A stretch of DNA of 64,000 bases from positions 192,001 to 256,000 of the forward strand of contig CM000152.2 of NCBI GenBank assembly GCA_000004695.1. Reading direction: 5' to 3'. The first letter of the stretch is position 1, and each line of letters starts with the position of its first letter. The notes below the pieces were generated by a model. It was not told the DNA's origin and made no database searches. It worked only from the letters and a program-made list of their open reading frames with translations. A program made the position numbers and the translations under genes. The DNA comes from Dictyostelium discoideum. Lineage: Eukaryota. Positions 13,807-27,623 of this stretch are shown here, piece after piece.

Positions 13807-14242
13807 TTTATATAATTAATTTAATATATAATAAATAAGCGATTTTTTAAAAACAAATCAAAGATTTTATTTCATTTTTTTTATTTTATTTTTTATTTAT
13901 TGGTTCACAAATCAAATTTTTATTTTTTTTTATTTTTTATTTTTTTTTTTTTTGTTTTTTTTTTATTTTTTATTTTTTTGAGAGCAATTGCTGACTTAAT
14001 CGATTTTTTATGTTTTTCATTTCAATTTTTTTTTTTTTTTGTTTTTTTTTTTTTTATTATAATTTTTTAATTTTTTTTTTTTTTTTTTTTAAATTAAAAA
14101 ACTTTGCTGTTGTGAAGCAAATTTTTTTATTTATTTTTAAAATTATTACAACAGTAGAATATAAAAACCAAAAAGGAATTCAAGATTTATATTTTAATAC
14201 GCACCTATATATCTTTATTTAATTAATGGAATTTCACCTGAA

Positions 14243-15086
14243 ATGGGAGGAATATTCTCTAAAGGTTACCTACCTGAATTACCAAATGGTTCTCTTATCA
14301 AATTAGGGATTATTGGTTTAGAGAATTCTGGGAAGGTAAATTTTAATTATTATAATATTAATAATAATAATAACAGTAATAATAATAAAAAAAAAAAAAA
14401 TACTAATTATGTAAATTTTTTTTTTTTTTTTTTTTTATTTTATTTTTTTTTTTTTTCAAAATCATGTTTTAATTATTATATAAAAAATAAAAAAAACAAT
14501 AATAATAAATTATTATTATTATTATTATTATTTTATTTTATTATTTTTACTATTTTATTTTATTTTTTTTATTTATTTTATTTTATTAAAGACAACATTA
14601 TTAAATAAATTTATAGATGCATCATCAAAAAAATCTATAGCATCAGTATTAATATCAACAGGAGTTTATATAGAATCTATAATATTTAAAGGATGGGAAA
14701 TATTTGCAGGTGATTTATTATATCCAAATTATATAAGTAAAATTTATAAACCATATTTATTAGGATCAGATGTAATTATATTTATGATTGATTCATCAGA
14801 TATTCATCAAATGACCGAGGCAAAGAATCAGATTGATCTATTGATCCAAGAACAATGTATTAATAGTAGTGTATTTTTAGTAATGGCAAATAAACAAGAC
14901 CAAAAACGGTGTGTTTCAATCCATCAATTGGAGCAGTATTTAGAACTGTACAGATTAACAAACCCTTGGAAATGTTTACCATTATCCTTAATTCAAGAAA
15001 AAGGTATTGAAGATTTAATAAAATGGATTTTAGAAAATACTGTAGTAAGAAAAACTTATAATAATCAATTACAAACTTTACAATAG
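14243..15086 (+). CDS. ARF/ARL-family small GTPase, divergent, of about 196 aa. Exon 1 is 14243..14335, the intron is 14336..14591, and exon 2 is 14592..15086.
   Basis: The N-terminus is MGGIFSK... (Gly2 myristoylation context). The P-loop GIIGLENSGK|TTLLNK is split by the intron (GTAAAT donor, TTAAAG acceptor). The G4 motif is ANKQD. The G3 region reads KGWEIFAGD instead of the canonical WDxGGQ. Confidence 0.7.
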
Positions 15087-15406
15087 TAATAATAATAAAT
15101 AATAAATAATAATAAATAATAAATAATGAATAAAATATAAAAAAATAAAAAAAATAAAAAAAAATAAACAATAAACAATAATTTAAATTTAATCAATTAT
15201 CATCATAATCATTAATAATAATAATTATAATAATTATAATAATTCATCATATCCTCCCTCCTCTCTCTCACTCTCTCTTTTATTATTTTAAAATAATAAT
15301 AATAATAAAGTTTTAATGATAATTTTGAAAAAAAAAAAAAAAAAAAAAAAAGTGTATTGTTTTTATTTTATTTTATTTTGTTTTATTTTATTTATTTAAT
15401 TTTATA

Positions 15407-17554
15407 TTAAAGTTTTAATTTTTCAATTGGGGTTAAATATCTCTTTAAAACAAAATAAATAAAAACACCATAAATTATTGCACCAGTTGCAACGAGATAA
15501 TAACCATCTCTTTCAATTCTATATTTTCCATTTTGTTCGGCACAAAGTTCTTTTGATATATTATCATGTATTATTACTTGTTGTTGTTGTTCTTGTATTA
15601 TTGTTGTTGTTGTTGTTAAATTATTTGAAGAAGTAGAAATTAAAGAAGAAGAAGATGAAGAAGATGAAGAATTATCATTTGATATATTTACAATACATTC
15701 ACTTGTTGTTAATTTATCAATTAACATTAAAATAAATAATTTTGGATAAGTTCCAGCGAAATTGGCAATTGTATTTAATAAGGTTACATAAGTACCACCA
15801 ATACTTTTATCACTAATCTTTAAAAAGAAAGAACCTTGTGATACTGACATTAAATTATAAGAGAAACTTGAAAATAATGAAATCATCAATAACAAAAAGA
15901 AATGACTCCAACTAATTTCACCACCATTTAAATTTGGGAAATAAAATACACTACACATATTAACTAAAATAAAGAATACTCCAACTAAATATGCATTACT
16001 CCACTTTTTTTTATCATAAAAATTTAATAAAAGTTAATAAAAATTAATAAAAATTAATAAATTATTATTTAATAAATAAATAAATTTACTTACAATTGTT
16101 AATGGTTTATTTTTAACCCATTTACTTGAAATTATTGAGAAAATGATAATACTTGGGAATTGAATTAATGAGAACGAGGCGATATCTTCTTTTCTTAAAC
16201 CTTTTTCTAATAGTTTTAAATTTAATGCAGATTCATTTGGTTGAAAAACTATTTTTGAAATGATGAATAATATTGATAAAATTTTAATATGTGGTAAAGT
16301 AATAATCTTCCATAAAAGATAATAAACTTGTTTTGGTGTTAAATCAGATTCACTAATATCCATACCATATGTTTCTTGTACAATTGATTTTTTACCATTA
16401 TCATAATTATTATTACTATTATTATTATCAATAATTTCATTATTCTCATTATTCTCTTTAATTATTGTTATATCTTTTTTATCAATTGAAATATGTTGTT
16501 TATTCTTTTTATTTTGTTTTTTAACTGGTGATGATAATAATGATGGTGATAAGGATGATGGTGATGATCTCATTGATTTACTTTCAATTGACTCATTTTC
16601 AATTTTACTTTTAACTTGTTTATTTTTATCATCATTATTATTATTATTATAATTATCATGACGAGTAGTAGTAGTAGTAATTGTAGTTGATTCCTCATCT
16701 TTAAAAAATGCTAAATAAATACTAAGTATTATAAATAATATACCCCAAAACTGTAAATAACCAGGTAATGTTATTATACCCTCTTCTGATGGTACACTTC
16801 TTAAAAATTTATTTGCAAATTTTGGTGAACTTAATGTTAAAAATATTGTATATGATAAAAAGTATCCTGTATTTAATCCAATAGTCTATTTTTAATTGAT
16901 ATAAATTAAAATAAATTAGTAAAAATTTTAATTTATGCCAGTAATAAAGTGATAATAATAATAATAATACATACTTGACAAGTTGAAGCATAATGTAAAT
17001 AAGGTTTTGATAAAATAGTTAATGCCCACGCATCAACAGCAATATCTTGAGTTGCCATTAAAAATATTAATAAAAAGAATACTATTGTAATATAGATTAT
17101 TTTAGTTTCAGCATGTTCTAAAAGTGTTTCAATGAAAAAACTAATTGTTATGAAAACTATTCCAGCTAAAATTTGAATTGGTACAATCCATGATTTTCTT
17201 CTACCAAATGATTGAACGAAATAACTATCAACAATTGGTGACCATAATAATTTCAATGAATATGGATATGTACTAATTGTAAAAATACCAATTTGTGTAT
17301 ATGTTGCATGTTTATGTAATAAAAATGGTATTGTACCAAATGATAATCCAATCGGTATACCTTGAATTAAATCTATATATATATATATAATTTATATATC
17401 ATGTGTAGTATAAAATTATAATAAGTTAATAAATATGTAGGTGTGTGTATGTGTGTGTGTATATATATATATATATGTACTTACATAATAAAACCAACCA
17501 AACTATATTATTTAATTCATTTCCAAAATGTCTTTTTAATAAAGTAAATAACAT
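15407..17554 (-). CDS. Acetyl-CoA transporter (SLC33A1/AT-1 family) of about 618 aa in four exons: 17485..17554, 16975..17372, 16094..16885 and 15407..16003.
   Basis: Strong similarity to human AT-1 (SLC33A1) along the whole length: LIQGIPIGLSFGTIPFLL, SLKLLWSPIVDSYFVQSFGRRKSWIVPIQ, FLMATQDIAVDAWALTILSKPYLHYASTCQ|TIGLNTGYFL, and DKSIGGTYVTLLNTIANFAGTYPKL. All four junctions use GTAAGT or GTATGT donors and close in frame. The start M (MLFTLLKRHFG...) is the first ATG after an in-frame TAA. Confidence 0.85.
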
Positions 17555-17900
17555 GTCGACAAAGTGTATGTATGTGGTGGTACTACCCTTTTCTTGTTTT
17601 TGGTGAACAAAAAAGAAAATGAATTTTTAAAAATAAATAAAAAAAAAAAAAAAATGAAAAATGAAAAATGAAAAAAAAATTAAAAATTAAACCAAAACTG
17701 ATGACATTACACTCCTCTTTTTTTGCATATTTCATCATTTTTTTTTTAAAAAATTTTTTTGACGAAATATAAAAATAACTCAACAGTTTAAGTTTTTTTT
17801 TTTTTTTTTTTTTTTTTTTTCGGAAAATCAAAAGATTAAATAAAGAAATAACTCTTGGATTTAAAAAATTAAGTCAATAAATTATTTTTAAAATTTTATT

Positions 17901-17966
17901 TTATTTTGGGTCTTGACTGTCAATTGAAATATTTAAATTTGTTTGTTGTTGGTTTTGTTGTTGATT

Positions 17967-18005
<39 letters not shown>

Positions 18006-18273
18006 CATTCTTTCTTCAAGAGCTTTAACAGCTAATGCTCTTCTTCTCTCCATATCAGCTACATTATAGCTATCATCATTGTTATTAATATTATTATTAT
18101 TTGTTGTTGGTAAAATTGATTGATTTGAAAATCTTGATGATGAACATATTGATAATTTACAAAGAATTTTAAATACTATATTTGAAATAACTTTAATTGG
18201 TGCTCTAAATATATTTAAAAAATAAAAAAAAAGAGGGTTAGTATGAATGTGGTGAATAAATTATAATAATAAT

Positions 18274-18354
<81 letters not shown>

Positions 18355-19378
18355 TTACTGTACTGGGTCAGGGAAAAATGTATAAAATGAAAAAGATTCA
18401 TTAAGATCACCTTTTACACCAGATTTAACTTGATAAAATCTTAAATAAATCCAAGCTATAAATACACCATAAATGACCAATGTGAATGATCTGTCTTGAA
18501 ATCCAATGAATGAAAATACAATCACTCTAAATAAAATCAATATAAATGGTATCCATTTTGCTCTAATCTTTATTAAAAAGAAATTAAATTCTTGTTCTGT
18601 TATTAATTGTTTCAATGCAACTGAAAATGCTGCTATAACACCTGAAAATCCACAAACATTTGCTTTCCTTTTTTAAAAAATAAAAAAACAAATAATTAGT
18701 ATATATATATATATATATATATATTTATTTGATATAAAATACATACATTATAAGATCAATACCACCAAAAAACATAAATTTAAATACAAAGAAAAAGAAT
18801 GAACATAAACTTGAAAAGAAAATTACTACTAATATAAACTTTATAAATTCTCTTGAACCCCATATTGGTTCTAAATATTTCCCAATAAATAATAATGCTA
18901 CTATATTGAAAATTCCCTAAAAAAAAAAAAAAAATACATAAAATATAAAATTTATTAAGAGTTAGTATATATGCACATATAAATTGAACAATTAGTTATT
19001 GATATTTTGAAAAATTTTACACTAATAATAGAGGTCTCTGTTAAACTTGCTGTAAAAAAAGTCCACAAATAGAATCGGGGTGGTGCTATACTATAAAAAA
19101 AAAAAAAAAAAAAAATAATAATAATAGTGTTTTATTAATATTATATAAATAAAAACAACAAAGGAGAGAAGAGAGAGAGAGAGAAAGCTACTGTGTATTT
19201 ATTTTAATTTTTAATTTACTTACTATACAACATTTAAAGTTAAAATTTCCAATGAATTATAATAATTACAAATAATACCAAGGAATAGAAATACACTTAA
19301 AGTTATTGCAATGGATTTTGTTAACCTTGGGAAATTATTTAAATTTGATAAAACATTATTTGTTGATAAACCCTCCAT
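17901..19378 (-). CDS. TMEM115/PL6-like (rhomboid-fold) multipass membrane protein of about 335 aa in five exons: 19224..19378, 19021..19090, 18747..18916, 18359..18667 and 17901..18204.
   Basis: Exon phases all close: 155+70+170+309+304 nt gives 336 codons. The conserved-looking core is GIFNIVALLFIGKYLEPIWGSREFIKFILVV followed by further TM helices, with a Q-rich C-terminal tail. An (ATA)n run lies inside intron 4. The family assignment comes from memory of the TMEM115 motif and is not verified. Confidence 0.55.
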
Positions 19379-19385
19379 TCTTTTC

Positions 19386-19417
<32 letters not shown>

Positions 19418-19755
19418 GTTTTTCTTTGTTTTTCGTCTAAACTTCTATTATCTTCATTAATTTAGGAATTTGAAAAAATTTAAAAAAAAATTTTAAAAAA
19501 AAAAATAAAATAAAAATAAAAATAAATTAGCAAAAATTAAAATAAAAACAAATTAAAAAAAAAAATAAAATAAAAATAAAAAAAAAAAAAAACAATAAAA
19601 TTCATTTTTTTTTTTTTTTCCTATTTTTTATAAATTAAAAAATTTTTGAACATCACAAGCACTTCCATCAATAATAATAATAAATAATATATGTACATAT
19701 AATAATAAAAAAAAAAAAAAAAAAAAAAACAAATATAAATATAAATTTATATTTA

Positions 19756-19915
19756 GAAAAAAAAAACAAAAACAATAACAAAAACAAAAACAAAAACAAA
19801 AACAAAAACAAAAACAATAATAAGGTTATCAATAAATAATAAATTAAAAAATTTAAAATTATCAACAGTAAAAAATTTATATAATAAATCATCATCAATA
19901 TCAATAATACTTGTA

Positions 19916-19993
<78 letters not shown>

Positions 19994-22784
19994 TTTATTT
20001 CATTATCAACAACAAATTTATTTAATCAAAAATTATGTATAGAATCATATAAAAAAGTAAATTATTGTAAAAAGAAAGGAGGTGGTAATAAAAATAATGA
20101 TGATAATGATAATGAAAAGAATGAAAAAAATGAAAAAAAAGTAAAAAATGAAAAGAAAGAAAAAAATGAAAAAAATGATGGAAATGAAAAAGTTGAAATA
20201 GTTGAAGATAATGATTTAATTGTACCATTATCAAAAGAATTATTACAATTTGATAAACCATCAAATAAAAGTATGTAAAAAAAATATTGTATTTTTTTAA
20301 TAATATTATTAATTAAAATTATATTAATATAATTTTTTTTTTTTTTTTTTTAAAAAAAAAGGAAAAGATTGGCCATTAAATTCAGAAGTTGTAATTTATC
20401 CATCAAATTCAGTTAATTTTATTGGTACAACAGGACCAATTAATCTTGGATTTCAATTTATTACTAGATTAGTACCAAACGCAAGTGGTAAAACATTTCT
20501 TGGATTTTTTTTATGTAAAGATGCGTATAGAAATAATAATAATCAGATTGGAAGGACTATAGATAGTATTCATAATGTTGGTGTATTGGCTCAAGTTACA
20601 CTATCACCTAGTGGGATTTACCATTTTGAAACGATTAAAAGGATTAGAATAAAGGAGGTGCAAAATGGCCAATTCCCATTCATAGCGAGTATAGAACCAT
20701 TGTCAAACGATGAACGAGAATTAAAAGACCCCAGAATAGCAGAGTTAATGACGAAAATCAATGTATTGTCATTGGAATATAGGAAACTTTATCCAGACGT
20801 CTATACAATTAATTCGGTTGATTTTGAAAATCAGATTGAAGTAATTGATAACCCAGATTACTATTTGGCTGCAGTTATCAATTATTACGGTTTGAATTAC
20901 CCTGACGAATGTCAAAAAATATTAGAGACTCAATCGGTTGTGAAACGATTGGAGATGTTGTATCACATGATATTGAATGAGCAACCATTGTTGGCATTGC
21001 AACAAAAGATTGCAAAAGATTTAGATGATAAGACTACGGCTTATAAAAATAAATTATTATTAACTGAGCAATTGAAAAAGTTGAAAGCACTATTGGGTAA
21101 TGAAACCGACGAAAAGGAGAAAACAATCGAAAAGTATCAGAATAAATTATCAGAGTTAACTTTGATATCTGAATCATCGAAAAAGGTAATCCAAGATGAA
21201 ATTTATAAAATTTCAACAATTGACCCATCTTCATCGGAATATTCAGCATTAAAGAATTATTTGGAATGGTTAACTAATTTACCATGGGGTATTTACTCTG
21301 CTGACTATTTCGATTTAAAACATTCTAAAATGGTTTTGGATTCCGATCATTACGGTTTGGAGGATATTAAACAAAGAATATTAGAATTCATTTCAGTTGG
21401 TCATATAAAAGGCACGGTTCAAGGTAAAATACTTTGTTTCATAGGTCCACCAGGTACTGGTAAAACTTCAATAGCTAAATCCATTGCGAAAGCATTGAAA
21501 AAGGAATTTTTTAGATTCTCTGTGGGTGGTTTATTCGATGAGAGTGAAATCAAAGGTCATAGAAGAACCTATGTGGGTTCAATGCCTGGAAAGATCATTC
21601 AAGCTTTGAAAATAACTCAAACTTCAAATCCAGTGATATTAATCGATGAAATTGATAAAATTGGAAAAAGAAACCATGGTGACCCTTCATCTGCCTTACT
21701 TGAGGTACTAGACCCCGAGCAAAATGTTAGTTTTGTTGATCATTATCTAGATACACCCTATGATCTATCAAAGGTTCTATTCATTTGCACTGCAAACTCT
21801 GGTCAAGATATACCAGCTGCATTATCCGATCGTATGGAAATCATTCGTTTACCAGGTTATGTAGAAGAGGAACAAATTGAAATCGTAAAGAATTTCATCA
21901 TTCCAAAGACTTTTATAGATTGTGGTATTAAACTTGACCAATTATCAATCTCTGACGATGTCATCAAACAAATCGTTAAATTTTATAGTAGAGAAGTTGG
22001 AATTCGTGAATTGGAGAAATTAATTGAAAAGATTATGAGAAAGACTGCATTGAAGCTAGTGAATGGTACTGCTGAAAGAGTTGATCTAACTTTGGATAAT
22101 CTTGAACAATACTTGGGTATACCATCATATACATCCGATAGATACTATGATGTAACTCCAATTGGTGTTGTAAATGGTTTAGCATATACTAAAAAGGGTG
22201 GTGCAACATTATATATTGAAAGTACTTCTGAAGAAATTCAAAAACCTTTATCATCTCTACCACCATCACAACAACAACAAAACCAATTGGAACCATCCAT
22301 TAAAACTACAGGTAATTTGGGTGATGTCATGTCAGAATCGTCAACTATTGCCTACACTTTTGCTAAAAACTTTTTATACGAATTGGATCCTAATAATACA
22401 TTCTTCTCAAATCATAATATTCATTTACATTCACCACAGGGTAACATACCAAAGGATGGTCCATCTGCAGGTGTTACAATGGTAACTTCATTATTATCAT
22501 TGGCTTTAAATGAACCAGTTCAAAATAATTTAGGTATGACTGGTGAAGTTACAATCACTGGTAAAGTCATTACTATTGGCGGTGTAAAAGAGAAAACAAT
22601 TGCTGCCAAAAGATCAGGTTTAACTTCTGTTATTTTCCCTATTAATAATAGAATCAATTTCGAAGAGTTACCAACTTATATTAAAAACGATATTGATGTT
22701 ACATATGCAAATGATTATAAAGATGTTTTTGAAGTTGCTTTTCCAAATAAAAAATATCTTTTAAATAATTTAAAAACTTTTTAA
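19756..22784 (+). CDS. Lon protease (LONP1-like, mitochondrial type; AAA+ ATPase plus S16 peptidase), 5' end unresolved. The last exon is 20362..22784. The preceding coding exon is open in frame from 19756 to 20270 (donor GTATGT at 20271). No start codon was identified.
   Basis: The Lon N-domain (GKDWPLNSEVVIYPSNSVNFIGTTGP...), Walker A (GPPGTGKTSIAKSIA), Walker B (ILIDEIDKIG) and S16 active-site region (PKDGPSAGVTMVTSLLSLALN...TGEVTITGKVITIGGVKEK) are all present. The upstream exon joins via a phase-1 GTATGT...AAAAAAAAAG intron (...KPSNK-R-KDWPL). There is no PTS1 at the C-terminus, so a mitochondrial rather than peroxisomal Lon is suggested. Confidence 0.85.
19921..19990. repeat. (AAT)n microsatellite of about 23 units. 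It is either coding poly-Asn or intronic within the Lon 5' region.
   Basis: An uninterrupted aataataat... run. It is preceded by a GTAAAT donor-like site at about 19911 and followed by a ...TATGTATAG acceptor-like site at about 20040. Confidence 0.7.
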
Positions 22785-22914
22785 AAAGTAATAAAAAAAT
22801 AATAAATAATAAATAATAAATAATAAATAATAAAATATAAATGATAAATACAAATAAATAAATAAAAAATGTTATATTTATGTACAAAAAAGGTTTAATT
22901 AAATAGTTTTATTG

Positions 22915-22945
<31 letters not shown>

Positions 22946-22952
22946 TATATTT

Positions 22953-23198
22953 TTAAGCCATTAATGCTGGCTGACATAGTATATTATAACTTAAACCATT
23001 ATTATATGTTAAAACTACATTATTTTTATAGACTGTTGTTATATATTGAGTTTTATCGCTATTTTGTTTTGTCATTACAACATAATTATTATCATTCTTA
23101 TATTCTTCAACTTCTTTTATATTTTCATTGTCTATAAAGTATTTGAAAGAAACGGCAATAACAAAGTTTTCAAATTTTAAGTGTACAACTTCAAACAT
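22953..23198 (-). CDS. Hypothetical small protein (81 aa), convergent with Lon.
   Basis: Non-repetitive composition (MFEVVHLKFENFVIAVSFKYFIDNENIKEVEEYKNDNNYVVMTKQNSDKTQYITTVYKNNVVLTYNNGLSYNILCQPALMA), unlike the homopolymer-derived ORFs around it. No recognisable domain. Confidence 0.2.
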   Translation of the reverse strand: MFEVVHLKFENFVIAVSFKYFIDNENIKEVEEYKNDNNYVVMTKQNSDKTQYITTVYKNNVVLTYNNGLSYNILCQPALMA

Positions 23199-24613
23199 TT
23201 TCTTTTTTTTTCTTTTTTCTTTTTTTTTTTTTTTTAATATGTATAAACTTGAAATTAATTTATTTATTTATTATTTTTTTAAAATTAAATAATGAATTTG
23301 TTTATATATTTTTTTTTTTTTTTTTACTGTTTTTTAAAATAATATTAATATAATTTAAAAATTATTCGAATAATTATTTAATTAAAAAAATATTTGTTTT
23401 TTTTTTTTTTTTTTATTAAATTTAATAATGATAATAATTTTTTTTTTTTTTTTTTATTTATATTTAAATTTTTTTTTTTTTACAATTAAAACCTAATTAA
23501 ATCATTATTATCGATAGTTTTTATTGAGAAAAAAAATTATTGAAAAGGAATTTATTGTGTAAAACAGCAAATTACAAATTTGTATAAAAATATAAAAAAG
23601 GAAAAGTATTTGTGTAAAAAAGGAAAAATCTCAACCTAACCCCATTAGAATTACTTAGAATGGAAGTGTTTTTTTTTGTGTGATTGTTAAAAATAGTTTT
23701 TTTTTTGATTTTGAATTTATTTTTAATTTTTTTATTTTTTTATTTTTTTAGAAAATTAAAAATAAAAATAAAAATAAAAAAATAACCACCACATATTTTT
23801 GTGAGTGTGAGAAAAAAAAAGAAAGTGGTAATATTGTATGTAACAATCCTTTTTAATCACACCAATAATTATTAAAACCAGCCAAAATTGCATCAAAAAA
23901 AAAAAAAAAAAAAATATAATAATAAAAAATAAACAATATTTTACCCATCAATGATAATATATAAATTTATTTCTTTTTTCATAATTTATTTATTTTTTTT
24001 TATATTCTATTAATGTGGTGTGAGTTGCTGGGAGTTGGTAAAATTTTTTTTTTTTTTTTTTTTTATTGTGTGTTGACTTTAGGCTTAAATTTGTTGATGT
24101 CTTTTTTATTTTATGGAAAAAAAAAAAAAAAAAAAAAAAAAAAAGAAAATTTGATGTCTGACAGTTTTTTTTAATTTTTTTATTTATTTATTTTTTTTTA
24201 TTTTTTTTTATTTAGATAAAATTAATTTGATTTGCTACGATGTTAATTTATTATATTTGATAGTTAAAAAGGTTATAATTAGAAAAAAAAAAAAAAAAAA
24301 AAAAATAATTAAACCCTTTTACCACACAAATGTAATTTTTTTATCTGTATTTTTTTTTTTTAATAATTTTTTTCTTTTCAAATAAAGATAGGCTTTAATA
24401 TATGATCATATAAAGTATTTTAAAATTTTTTAAATTTTGAAAAGGGGTAACTTATAATTATGAAAAAAAATAAAAAAAATAAAAAAAAATAAAAAATTGG
24501 ATTTGTATAATGATACAAATAAAAAAAAAAAAAAAAAAAAAATTTCCCAATCATATTAATATTAATTATTATTTTTTTTTTTTTAAATTTTTTTATTATT
24601 TATATATTTAGGA

Positions 24614-24688
24614 ATGAACAGCATTCAAGTATATAATAGTAATAATAATATTAATAATAGTATTATTAATATTTATAATAATAGTTTA

Positions 24689-24760
<72 letters not shown>

Positions 24761-25183
24761 TTTAATACTGCTATAAATGATGAATATTATTTTCAAAATT
24801 TAAATAAACATAATAATATTTATAATAATAATAATAAAAATTCATTGTATGAATATTTATATTTTTATAATGAACCAATTAAAATGGGTCACATACCATA
24901 CCAAACAAAGATATTAATATTTTTAGATGAATTTAATTTTCCAATAAATGTTGGTGATATTCCTCCTCAAGTTATTGAAATTCATTTTGGGAAAAAATTC
25001 AATCAACCTTTAAATAAAAATGTACTTCCAAAAGGTTTACAAAGAATTAGATTTGGTAGAGGTTATAAACATAATTTAATACCTGGGGTAAATTATAATC
25101 CAAACACATTATTATCAATTAAATTTGGTGATAATTTATTCGATTTTGAAAATGGTGGAGAAGCACCACCTCTTCAAATTTAA
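24614..25183 (+). CDS. FNIP-repeat protein (Dictyostelium-type FNIP repeats) with an N-terminal poly-Asn tract; 189 aa.
   Basis: Repeated units match the FNIP repeat pattern (IPxxVxxLxFGxxFNQPL): IPPQVIEIHFGKKFNQPLNKNVLPKGLQRIRFGRGYKHNLIPGVNYNPNTLLSIKFGDNLF. The poly-N comes from a coding (AAT)n run. Confidence 0.7.
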
Positions 25184-25218
25184 TTTTTTCTTTTTAGTTA
25201 ATCAAAAAAAAAAAAAGG

Positions 25219-25249
<31 letters not shown>

Positions 25250-26042
25250 ATAAAAAAAAAAAATTTTTTTGAAAAAAAAAAAAAAAAATTTTGTCGATTT
25301 CAAATTATATAATATTTCAAATTTATTTTTCTAAACACTTTTTGAATTAATAATTTTTTCATTTTTTTATTTATATTTTAAAAATTCATATGATTAATTA
25401 ATAAATTAAAAATATATCTTCAATAAAAAAAATAGATACCATGAATTAATAATGCTTGTCATTTTATTATTATTATTTTTATAAATATTATTATTATTAT
25501 TATTTTTATTATTATTTTTAGAAAATAAAGATTATTAGGGTTGAATCAGTTCTATGACCATGATTCGAATACAACATGGTTTTAATTTATAATCCAAACA
25601 AAAGAAAATTATATCTTTGTTTGGGTGAAGTGCACATAGTTTATAATTATCAATATTATAATTTGTTATGTTGAGATAGGGTACAATTGTGTTTGTTTTG
25701 GAATTAATCTGGGTTGAGAAAAAAAAATGGATGAGTGATATTTTAAAAAAAAGATTTCTCTTTAATATGGTATTTTTTAAATTTTAATTTTTTTTTTTTT
25801 TTTTTTTTTTAATCAATAATATTTTTTTTTTTAATTATTTAATTATTTTCATTGTAGTTTGGAATTAATTGATTGTTTTTATAAGTTTATTTTGAATGAA
25901 AGAGTAAAAATTTTTAATAAAAAATTATTCTAAATTCAATGAATTGATCAATCACCTCAAAAAAATATGTTAATAAATTTATAAATTTATCATAATTATG
26001 GTGTTTTCAAAATCTCAATTTTAAATGGTATTAGTAATCAAA

Positions 26043-26100
<58 letters not shown>

Positions 26101-26293
26101 ATATTTTTTTTTTTAAATTGGAATATTGTAAAATATTGTGAACAGAACCCCCATTAATATTGCTCATTAAATATTAATATTGGAGTGAACTTATTATCCT
26201 TAAAAAAATTTCGGTTAATTAATTTATTGTTTTTTTTTATTAACAATAAATATTAACAATAATTTTTAAAATTCGATCGAGAGTGTCTTTTGG

Positions 26294-26333
<40 letters not shown>

Positions 26334-26859
26334 ATAAAAATCATAATTAAAATTAAAATTAAAATTTAATAAAAGTTATTCAATTAATTAATTATGATTC
26401 AAAATTAACATAAATTTGAACAACACTATTAGTATATACTCTTTTTATTTTATTTTTTTGGCCTTCAATAATAATAAAAAAAAAGAAATTACTAAAAAAA
26501 TTCATTATTTTATGTTGAGATATTTATAACACACTTTATTTTAAATTTTACCCACACAAACACAAGAAAATAGGTTAGAATATTAATTTGATTATATTGA
26601 AATTAAAAAAATAAAAAATGTATATATAGTATTTGGGTTTTTATTTAAAATTATTTTATTATTTAAATTAAAATTGAAAAATTAAAAATTAATAGATATT
26701 ATATTACTGATTTTTGTTATATCGATATCGATGGATGTGAGAGAATTACTACTGAAAAGATGGAATTATTACTTTAATTATGCTAATTATATTATATTTA
26801 ATTTTAAGTTTTAAATCACTTAAAAAATTTATTTTTTATAACTTTATTTTATATTATTA

Positions 26860-26891
<32 letters not shown>

Positions 26892-26953
26892 GCGATCGTA
26901 CTTTAAAAACGCATTATAATATGTATTTATTATAAAAACTTAATAACCACACA

Positions 26954-26995
<42 letters not shown>

Positions 26996-27123
26996 ACATT
27001 CCCACACACACAAAAAAACAGAATCAAGATAATAGCAAACCCAACAAGATATAAAATCCTAACCATTGTAACTTAATTGTTTTATCATTTATATATATTT
27101 ATATAATTTCGTGTGCTGGTGTG

Positions 27124-27158
<35 letters not shown>

Positions 27159-27214
27159 ATTTTAATAATTATTTATTTTAAATAATTATAAAAAAAAAAA
27201 AAAACAATACACCA

Positions 27215-27261
<47 letters not shown>

Positions 27262-27587
27262 TTCTTTATTTTTAATATAACAATTTTTTTATAATTATTT
27301 GTTACCGTGTTACGCATTATATTTACTATATAATAATTTAAATATTTTACAATTTTTAATTTATATATAAAATTTTTTTATTTTTTTTATTTTATTTTTT
27401 TTATTTTAGACACAATCATTTTTTTTTTTTTTTTTTTTTTTTTAAATAAATAAATTAAAAAAAAAAAAAGTATTTAATTAATTAATTATTTAAAATAAAA
27501 ATTAAACTATATTTATATGTAATAGTAAAAACATCAGTGTAAGGAAAAAAAAAATAAAATAAAAAAAAAATAAAAAGGTAAATTTCA

Positions 27588-27623
<36 letters not shown>

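Noticed and set aside
19310-19460. Plus-strand 50-codon ORF (MDFVNLGKLFKFDKTLFVDKPSILFFSFLSFFFF...) considered as the missing 5' exon or presequence of Lon.
   Set aside because: It is antisense to TMEM115 exon 1 and runs into a poly-T (the A-run upstream of that gene). It ends in a TAA with no usable donor in frame with the Lon exon.
25540-25600. tRNA search, including the TGATTCGAATAC segment at about 25561 that resembles a T-arm.
   Set aside because: No canonical GGTTCGAATCC-type T-loop with matching acceptor, D and anticodon arms was found anywhere in the window. No tRNA or rRNA is called.
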